64,000 bases of DNA, from assembly GCA_951406725.2 (NCBI GenBank), contig OX597815.1, positions 185,008,001-185,072,000 on the forward strand, in the 5' to 3' direction. Positions 54,786 to 64,000 of the stretch are shown here, piece by piece. A program made the translations under genes and the position numbers. The first letter of the stretch is position 1. Every line of letters starts with the position of its first letter. Below the pieces are notes generated by a model. It had not been told where the DNA came from. It did not search any database and saw nothing but the letters and a program-made list of their open reading frames with translations. The DNA comes from Octopus vulgaris. Taxonomy: Eukaryota.

Positions 54786-54817
<32 letters not shown>

Positions 54818-55107
54818 TGTATGTATGTATGTATGTATGTATTCAAATTATTTGGAAGCATTTTGAGACATATGCATCTATACGCGCACACGTACACACG
54901 CATGTGTATGGTGTATAGGAATTAAATGAAATGCTCCATCTGAATTTACAAAATGCAGGCTACCTTGTCGAGAAGATTAATAAATTAATAAAGGAAAATC
55001 CATTCAACTTATTCTGAAATATTTCGAATATCTCCCAAAATGCTTCCATATAATTTGAATACATACGTACATACATACATACATATATACATACATACAT
55101 ACATACA

Positions 55108-55139
<32 letters not shown>

Positions 55140-55208
55140 AGTATAAGTACATACATATGTACATATATATGCACATATAAATAGATAAATGAGTAGATAC
55201 ATAAATAT
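54716..55208. repeat. Inverted duplication of about 150-170 bp that includes a (TATG)n tract
   Basis: TATTTATGTATCTACTCATTTATCT...ATTCAAATTAT.TGGAAGCATTTTG (54716-54865) is mirrored at 55037-55208. Confidence 0.88.
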
Positions 55209-55260
55209 GGATGAAAGTACATACGTACATTTAACACACGCGGACGCACCTATCTATCTA

Positions 55261-55307
<47 letters not shown>

Positions 55308-55308
55308 A

Positions 55309-55348
<40 letters not shown>

Positions 55349-55480
55349 GATCTATCTATCTATCTATCTATCTATATATATATATAAGTACATTTAACAT
55401 ATAGATAGATAGATAGATTGATTGATAGATGAATAGATAGATATATAGATAGATAGATATATTGATAGATAGATAGATAA

Positions 55481-55524
<44 letters not shown>

Positions 55525-55549
55525 ATATATACCTACATACAATATGTGC

Positions 55550-55600
<51 letters not shown>

Positions 55601-56549
55601 CATGTATGTATGTATTTATGTATATATATGTATTTATGTATGTAAGTATGTATTAAAGTATGTATATACATATATAGATATACTTTTTCTTGATTTTCAC
55701 TATGTGTATGTGTCTTACACATCGTGGTAAAAGTACAGGCGATTCTGGTTTATTTATTCAGCGATTGAAATGCAAATATTTCCTCATATATTTTCTTCAT
55801 TATTAGTCTTTTTCTCGTAAACTACCCCAGATCATGTTTCGTAAATGTTTGATCTTTATAGAGATAGTGATTCACTTAACTTTAAGGAGGTAACTTGTAA
55901 TTTTCGATATTAACTTTCATATATTTACTTTCCTTAACTTTAAAGAGTTAACTTGTAATTTTCTATATTTACTTTAATAGAAAATACAACATAAATATTG
56001 GTTCAAAGTCCCTACCAAGGGATTGAAAATAGTCCATCTTATTTAGTGGTCTGTTCAAAATACCTCAGAATATATTAAATTGAATTACCGATATTAAATT
56101 TCTCAATAATATAACCTGGTTTTGTGAATTAAGTGGATATATTTCATACAATTCGCAAAACGCACGCGTACATACACGTACACATATATATATAAGTTAT
56201 GTGCGTATGTATATGTGAGTCAAAGTGTCTGTCAGAGAGAGTTTATAATGTGTGTGTGCGTATGTGGCATTAATATAAATATCAAAAACGTAATTGATAT
56301 TTAATCTTCATAAAACATACACTTGTTGCAATGAATCGACTGCCATTATTACAAAATCATTTGGAGAGAACGCAAAATCATATCGAATTTCTTCGTCTGT
56401 GCTTTCAGTGAAAATTACAAAGTATAGAACTAACTGGACTGAGTATGCATCCCCTTTACTCACAACATCAAAGTTGTAGCAGAGTATAAGGTATCAGAAT
56501 GCTAAGTAGTAGAATTGTGTAATGAGAAGCTAGAGAATGTCGATGCAAG

Positions 56550-56707
56550 CAGGGCCGGCTCAATGTATCGGCAACTTGGGCACTCGCCCTTGTTCTAGGG
56601 GGCGCCAAGTGGGGCGTGACAAATTCAAGGAAATTTCCACGACTGGTAGCTTGTACACGCCGAAGTTCAGCTTGCCCGGGACGCCAGCAAACCTATGGCC
56701 GGCCCTA
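56550..56707. mobile_element. hAT-type MITE
   Basis: TIR CAGGGCCGGC / GCCGGCCCTA; 8-bp TSD GATGCAAG at 56542-56549 and 56708-56715. Confidence 0.85.
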
Positions 56708-56869
56708 GATGCAAGGAAGGTGGTGGAGTACACCCTATCGTTTAAGTATTTAAGTAGACACATATAAACACACGTACAGACTCGCAACCATTCACAAAAG
56801 AGAGAAGAGGAGGGGAAGGAAATAACCGCAAACAAACTTTACTTCATGCATAACAACGATAACAACAAA

Positions 56870-57293
56870 AATACCTATTTCTTTACTACCCACAAGGGGC
56901 TAAACACAGAGGGGACAAACAAAGAGAGACAAACGGATTAAGTCGATTATATCGACCCCAGTGCGTAACTGGTACTTATTTCATCGACCCCGAAAGGAAG
57001 AAAGGCAAAGTTGACCTCGGCGGAATTTGAACTCAGAACGTAGCGACAGACGAAATACCTATTTCTTTACTACCCACAAGGGGCTACACACAGAGAGGAC
57101 AAACAAGGACAGACAAACAGATTAAGTCGATTATATCGACCCCAGTGCGTAACTGGTACTTATTTCATCGAGCCCGAAAAGAGGAAAGGCAAAGTCGACC
57201 TCGGCGGAATTTGAACTCAGAACGTAGCGGCAGACGGAATACCGCTAAGCATTTCGCCCGGCATGCTATCGTTTCTGCCAGCTTACCGCCTTA
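56870..57293 (-). mobile_element. SINE family A, partial tandem dimer
   Basis: Junction CAGACGAAATACC|TATTTCTTT at 57047-57068; AAATACC is also present at the terminus. Confidence 0.9.
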
Positions 57294-58094
57294 ATTTCTA
57301 AAGACGTTGTTTCTAAAGACGGACAAGCAGTGTAATGGTAATCCGGGCCCCCTACCACAGAACGTGTTCACCATTTGATGTATGCAGTTAGGTAGACACA
57401 CCAACGCATGCGATGCCTGACTTATACTAGAAGTCATTTACACACATGTAGCGGCGCGCATACACGCGCACACACACATGCACACGGGTGTGTTCACAGA
57501 TGCAACAATACACTTATATACATACGCATACACGCATATACTCATGCAAACATTTCCCTCTCATAGCGTTCATCAAACACTGTCACGGAAGCGTATACAC
57601 ACAGACTCACACACACACGTATGGATATGTATGCGTGTGTGTGTATGTGTGTGTGTGTGTGTGTGCGTGAGTTTGTGTTTGTCCCCATCGCTGCTGTCAA
57701 ATGACTGAAACAAATGAAAGAATTAAAGAATAAAAGAATGTAATTTACCATGTGTGTGTAACTCTTATTAATATTGGGATAAATATAATTATAACTTCTT
57801 ATTATAGACGTCGGTAATTAGTAGAAATTGTTAATAGTCAATATTTATTTATCCAATAAATTCAGTACACATTCACCTAAAATTATAGCTGTGCAAATCA
57901 ATAAGTGAAAATCAAAAAGGAATGAAATTATAGATATACGCATATATATGTGAATGTGTATATATACATATAAATACGTTAGAACAATTGCATATAGATA
58001 AACACATTAATTATCTGATCTTACATATGTGCTTATACATATTCACACGCATATATATGTAATAAATATATGTGAATATGTATGAGGTATATTT

Positions 58095-58612
58095 CCATAT
58101 TTAAGAGATGAGGAATTATGTACATTATTTACATTATTTACATTATTTATATTCGACGGATCCTTGTCCTCATCTTGTTTGTTGTCAACACAAAGTTTCG
58201 GCTGATATACCCTCCAGCCCTCTTCAGGTGTCATTGGGGAAATTTCGAACCTGGGTTCTCATTCCTAAGGTATTTTTCGATGTTATTATTAATATATTTT
58301 TCCAGAAGTGAGACAGGCTTTTACGTTTCGAGCCTACGCTCTTCGACGGATATTTGTCCTCATCTTGTTTGTTGTTAACACAAAGTTTCGGCTGAAATAC
58401 ACTCCAGCCATCTTCAGGTGTCATGGGAAATTTCGAACCTGGGTTCTCATTCCTAAGGTATTTTTCGATGTTATTATTATTATTATATTTTTCCAGAAGT
58501 GAGAAAGGCTTTTACGTTTCGAGCCTACGCTCTTCGACAGAAAGGAACACGAAAATAAACAGGGAGAGAAAATAGAAAGAAGCTTAGTGGCTAGCGATCT
58601 ATCATGGCGAAT
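58095..58612 (-). mobile_element. Composite of two hammerhead-bearing module families, tandemly duplicated
   Basis: About 190-bp unit present twice (58152-58347, 58342-58537). Minus-strand motifs GACAC-CTGAAGA-N-GGCTG-loop-CAGCC-GAAA-C-TTT-GTGTT (twice) and CTTT-CTGTCGA-A-GAGC-GTAG-GCTC-GAAA-CG-TA-AAAG (one complete, one partial). Confidence 0.8.
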
Positions 58613-58774
58613 ATATACATACACATATATAAAAGCACTACGCTCATTATTGTATTAGGAGATTGTTTCAATTTTCTAGAAATTTTACATTTCAATCAAA
58701 TCAATGTTAACCTGGTTAACGCTACTACCATTCTCCCCATCACCTTTATTATTGTTGTTGTTCAATTGAGACGA

Positions 58775-58823
<49 letters not shown>

Positions 58824-58924
58824 TGTAGTAGTAGTAGTAGTTGTAGTAGTGGTGGTGGTGGTAGTGGTAGCAGCAGCAGTAGTATCTATCTTTATTATTA
58901 TTATTATTATTATTATTTTATTAT

Positions 58925-58990
58925 AGGCGTAGAAGTGGCTCTGTGGTAAGTAGCTTGCTTACGAACTATATGGTTTCGAGTTCAGTCCCA
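58925..58990 (+). mobile_element. SINE family B head fragment
   Basis: GTGGCTCTGTGGTAAGTAGCTTGCTTACGAAC..GTTCAGTCCCA; an uninterrupted version of the site hit at 11831. Confidence 0.8.
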
Positions 58991-59019
58991 TTACTCCTAT
59001 CATTATTATTGTCCATTTA

Positions 59020-60055
59020 AAACGGGTTTGAATTTATCAATAAAATTCCTCCCTCGACTTCACTCGAGTTGTGTAGTTTGAAAAATGAGAATATTATAAG
59101 CCTTTTTTTTGAACGCATGTTGCCAGATGCTTGCTTAGGGTCTCTAATTTGCTGTCACTGCACATGTGAACGTTCCGGTGATGCATTTCCAGGGGAAATG
59201 ATGCAATAAATTAAATTTCTGCTTTTGCGAACATTCTTCCGGGTTTTGTGTTCATATATTGACCGGTATGTATGAACTGACATGTACCATATCGATTATC
59301 TTAGCAATTAGATACAATGAACGATTCGTCATTGGCGCGTATGTCAATCGTTGTCTTTGTTAATAATCGCTGCAAGGTTTTCGACTGTCTTTTACTTAGA
59401 ATCATAGATCGATCCGTGATTATATCCTTATGATAGGCAAGTTTATTTTGGCAATGCTAAAGATATTTTGGCGACACGGATTGTGTATCACTATAAATGG
59501 TATGACCTGTTCTAGTTTTCCCCTTTTTGGGGTTGCCCTAGTTTGTTGTATGGGCAAGTTTGTTTCTTGCCCTAGTTTGTTTCTATAGCAAGCTGTATAC
59601 TATTTTCTATAAGTAGGGACGGATATTTTTGTTTGGATTGAAATACTTTGAGTTCTGTTAGGTGATTATATCTAGTATTTACATCTTCCACAATGGTACA
59701 AATTTTTCTGGTTTGGCAGTGTGGGATATTGTGTTTTGTGTGTGTTGGTTGCATTATTTAAAGTTCAGATATAAATGCGTGCCTGTTTGTTTATGGTATA
59801 TTTCAGTGGTGATAGTGGTGTCAATTTTAATTATAATTATGTCTAGAAATGGTAATTTGGTACTACTCATCTCCTTTGTAAATTGGTGAGTTGGGTGCAA
59901 ATTGTTGAGGAGGATATTAAATTCTTCCAGAGTATCTACAGATTTTGTCCATATCATGAAGCAATCGTCTTCAATATACCTTCTAAATTCAGTGCCGCAA
60001 TTGTCCTCTTCTCTTTGACAGAGATTTTCTTCTAAGTATCCCTTAACGGAGCACA
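59020..60055 (-). mobile_element. Decayed Penelope-like element (Neptune-like), RT + GIY-YIG remnants
   Basis: RYIEDDCFMIW, LNNLHP..FT, LPFLDI, YHKQT.THLYL, HTKHNIP, SKRQSKTLQRLLT, RYGTCQFI, NLIYCI, QQIRDP and SKHLATC in PLE order with frameshifts. Confidence 0.8.
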
Positions 60056-60059
60056 TATA

Positions 60060-60465
60060 AACGGAAGGAAATCTCGTTTCAAAACGTGACATCTAAGCCG
60101 CACACTAATTGACTAACATATCTCGTTGAAAAAAAAAAGCGGGATAAATGCTAACCAGGTTTGCGCATTCACTAAATCGTGACATCTAAGCCACATACTG
60201 ATTGGTCAAAATACAATTAGTAAGATTCAGCCTGCTGGAGTCCATTGGAGGCTATTTAAAGGACAAAACCAACCATTTCACTTCAGTTGTCTAATATGTA
60301 ACACGACTTTCACTACGTAAACATGAAGATTGCGTATCACATGAAAGTACTAGTTTATTTCAATAATGTAAAATTGTAAAAATTATTAATAATAAAACGT
60401 GAAAATCAGACTAGGTTGGAATTTCATTGATTAATATATTCTTCTATATTCAGTCATACAAACTT

Positions 60466-60468
<3 letters not shown>
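60060..60468 (+). mobile_element. Probable inverted pseudo-LTR of the adjacent PLE, with hammerhead-like motif
   Basis: TAAAC-ATGAAGA-TTGCG-TAT-CACAT-GAAA-GTAC-TA-GTTTA at 60318-60357. Upstream ATTGG and TATTTAAA boxes; ends in (TA)n. Confidence 0.55.
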
Positions 60469-60501
<33 letters not shown>

Positions 60502-61429
60502 AGAGAAACAAGTAGACAGAGACATGTACATGCTAATAGAGGCCATTTTGACGGGGAACAGCAAACAGTCCACTATTTCGTTCGTTTTATATTTTCATAT
60601 AGATAAACTATTAGAAATTATGTTTTTTTTCCCAATTCACAAGACAAACATATACTTACTTTTTAGATTCAATGATGTACGTCGGAATAAAATCAATATT
60701 GTATTCAGTGCATATACGTCTTAAAGTACAAGCGTGTTTGAAGCACGTGTGAATAGAAGACGCGCGCACTGCACTATATTTCTGTGTACTGCTAATGAGG
60801 TTACTAATATCAGAGATGCGCAGAATTAGATTTCAGTAAGAAAGTATTCTTTAGATGTCTATTTTATCTTCGAATAGAAAACAAAAAAAGAGAAGTGAGT
60901 GCGCGATAATAATAGCTAGATGGAATACGTCTGCATGATTAATGCAAAATTCAATAAAAAGAAATGCACTCAGGAAGAAGATGGGAAAATATAAGACATA
61001 ATAGTTTGATGGATTAATAAATTAAAAATAGCTTTTTGTGTATAGATTTTATAGTTCGAAATATCAGTTGTCTACAGTTTTGAAATTAGAGAGCTGAACT
61101 ATAAAACTAAATGTATTTCGGTTAAAATATGGAACACACAGGTAAGAGATTGTATAAAAGTACTTAAATGCTTGCAAAAATGAAAGAGCATTTTCCGTTG
61201 CAGAAGGTTAGCGTAAGTGTCAAATTCATAGAAGTAAAAGATAATAGTTGAACTGCTTGTAAATTGCGTTCCTGCTGCGGAATAAGCCAACATTGTTTCA
61301 TTTTTCTATTTACTTATTGATTTGTATTTTTTTATCTCAATTCATTTCTCACCATGCAGGTCGTTAATCAAAAGTTTTCACGCCATCAATATACCTGCAC
61401 TTTTTTTGTAAATATAGACATCCATGTTG

Positions 61430-61577
61430 ATCTATAAAGATATAGATCTATGTTGCAATCTATATCTTTTTTAGAGATATAGATCTATATTTTTTTTAAA
61501 GATACAAATCTATATTTTTTAAAGATATAGATCTATATCATTACCTATATCTTTTTTAAAGATATCGATCTATATTG
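61430..61577. repeat. Short array of palindromic units (AAAGATATAGATCTATAT)
   Basis: About five imperfect copies separated by T runs. Confidence 0.8.
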
Positions 61578-62335
61578 CATAAAGTATTCTTTCGTACTCT
61601 ATCACAGAAGAGCGTAAGTTTTAAGTTATGGCAGCTATTTTAGCAGATCGATTCACATAGATTCTCTGAAGTTTTATCTTGTAAATCAAATAAATATCAA
61701 GAGAATAAGTACAGGGTGTGCAAAAATTGCTCTTACAATTTATAAAATTTCGAAAACAAAATTTAAAATAAGGGTAAGTCAGCTGAGTTTAGCATGGGCG
61801 CCATTCATTGCAAACAAGATGATCGATGGATCTCACTTAAATAGACACAATAAATTGTGGCAATGTTAAAGATGCTTTATGAACATCTGGTAATTCTGAA
61901 GAGGGTAATTATGTATCCCCAAAATTTTAATTAATTAATCTTACATCGAAACTAATGTTTTTCTAATTTATATATTGTGAATATACGATAGAGAGATTGA
62001 TAGATAAATAATAATATTAACAAATACATTGTAAATATAACGGAGGAAGCAGGTATATAAATCGGGATTAAAGTGAAAGTGTATCTTTTTTTATATATGG
62101 TACTGTAAGGAATTTCCTATGAAAACTATGTAAAACTTATTTATATGAATTCTGTTTTACTAGACCAGTTCAGCTGCGAAATTTTATAATTTTTCAATTA
62201 TTTGACTGCTATGAAAGCACTTGAAAATTTGAATATTAATAAAAGTACATAAACCCCATTTTCTAAGACGACTAACATTAGTTTTTAGTGTACAGTTTTA
62301 TCAATATTTAGAATATAGTAGTAGTAGTAGTAGTA

Positions 62336-62393
<58 letters not shown>

Positions 62394-62395
<2 letters not shown>

Positions 62396-63890
62396 GAATA
62401 AATGGCAAACAGTCCTACACCTCCAAACAAAAGAGGGACTCATGAAAACCAAAGACATCCCCATTAGAAGAGGAATATTCCAGGGAGATACGCTCTCTCC
62501 ACTCCTTTTCTGCTTAGCACTGTCACCTCTATCTGATATGCTAAATAGAACTGGATGCGGATATAAATGTTACGGCAAAACGATCAGCCACCTTTTATAT
62601 ATGGATGACCTAAAACTATACGCTGCAAATGACAAACAGCTGGAAACACTATTAAAGACAGTTCATGGATTTACCAAAGAAATAGATATGAAATTTGGAT
62701 TAGAAAAATGCGTCAAAGTAACCATGAAAAGAGGAAAACTAGTTAAGAGTAACAACATCACACTAGATGAAGCAAATGAAATAAAAGAATTAGACCAAAG
62801 CCAAACTTACAAATACTTAGGAATCCATGAACTAGATAAGACACAACACACACAAATGAAAGAGAAAATAAAAAAAGAATATTATAGACGAGTTAGATCA
62901 ATACTAAACACAGAGCTCAATGCTAAAAACAAGATAATAGGTATCAACACTTTAGCTGTCCCAGTTATAAGTTACAGCTACAATATCCTTAACTGGACAC
63001 GAAATGAACTGACCAAAATAGACAGGAAAACAAGAAAAATAATGACAGGATCTAGGATGCATCACCCAAAATCTGACATAGAAAGACTATATATACAACG
63101 TATAGAAGGTGGTAGAGGCCTTATACAGCTGGAAAACTACTATAAAATAACCACCATAGGACTGCAAAAATATCTACTTCAGAAGGAAGGAAAACTGATC
63201 CAGATAGCGGCAAAACACGAGCAAAACAAAAAACTGTTCTCAGTATTTAAGGAAGCTGACAAATACAAACAAGAAATCATACCACCTAATAAACATGAAG
63301 AAGAAGAAGAAGAAGATGAAGAAACAACAAAAGCTATAAAAAAAATGAAATCCAAACTAAAAATAGAACAGCAACGAACCATGATAAAACGATGGCAAGA
63401 AAAGCCCCTTCATGGTAAATACTGGACTAAACTAAACGCAAAAGAAATAGACAAAGAAAAATCCCAGCAATGGTTGAGAAGCTCAGGACTCAAAGCAGAA
63501 ACAGAGGGATTTTTAATTGCAGCACAAGACCAAAGCCTCCCCACCAGAAATTACCAAAAACATGTAATGAAAAGAAATATTACAAGTAACTGCAGAATAT
63601 GTGGAGATGGACAAGAAACAATAAATCATATTATCTCTAGCTGCCCAGTCCTGGCTAAGAAGGAATATATTCACAGACATGACAGAGTTGGAACTTACAT
63701 ACATTGGAAGCTATGCCAACATTATGGAATAACAACAGAAAAAAGATGGTATAGGCACACACCAGAAAAGGTCACAGAAAACGAGAAAGCAACCATACTC
63801 TGGGATATGCCAATACACACAGATAGAGAAATTAAGGCCAACAGACCAGATATAGTTGTCAGAGACCATGAAGAAAAAAATGCTTTCTAA
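62394..63890 (+). CDS. Partial RT-RLE protein; frame shifts in the A run near 63874-63880 and continues [28 protein letters not shown]
   Basis: 498-aa uninterrupted ORF. The ATG lies at the truncation point and is not a native start. Confidence 0.85.
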
Positions 63891-64000
63891 TTGATGTATC
63901 AGTACCGGCAGATGACAACGTGTCTCTAAAAGAAATGGAGAAACTCTCAAAATACAAAGACCTGGAAATAGAGGTAACTAGAATGTGGAATCTGAAAACA
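62394..64000 (+). mobile_element. 5'-truncated R4/Dong-clade LINE (RT + zinc knuckle + restriction-like endonuclease) adjoining (TAA)n; runs off the window
   Basis: [50 protein letters not shown] and RPDIVV. Immediately preceded by (TAG)n(TAA)n at 62317-62393. Confidence 0.92.

Noticed and set aside
61709-61745. TACAGGGTGTGCAAAAA Tc1-like TIR
   Set aside because: No partner TIR found nearby.

Overview
AT-rich, microsatellite-dense animal DNA with no host gene that I can support. The SINE families and repeat landscape look like a coleoid cephalopod, probably Octopus (inference). Most listed ORFs are translations of (TA)n, (TACA)n, (CTA)n or (TTA)n tracts. Identifiable content: four tRNA-derived SINE families (about 25 copies); a Tx1/L1-like, a CR1-like and two R4/Dong-like LINE fragments; two Penelope-like elements (PLEs) with coding remnants; a full-length but broken mariner; several MITEs; and a decayed Helitron. 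The most striking signal is about 15 short non-coding modules sitting in or beside (TA)n tracts. They belong to roughly ten unrelated families, carry minimal hammerhead-ribozyme-like motifs with palindromic stem III, and several are fold-back (inverted) structures. Also notable are an orphan 0.9-kb retroposed insert in a SINE tRNA head and a complex templated insertion. All alignments and folds were made by eye, so boundaries are approximate.
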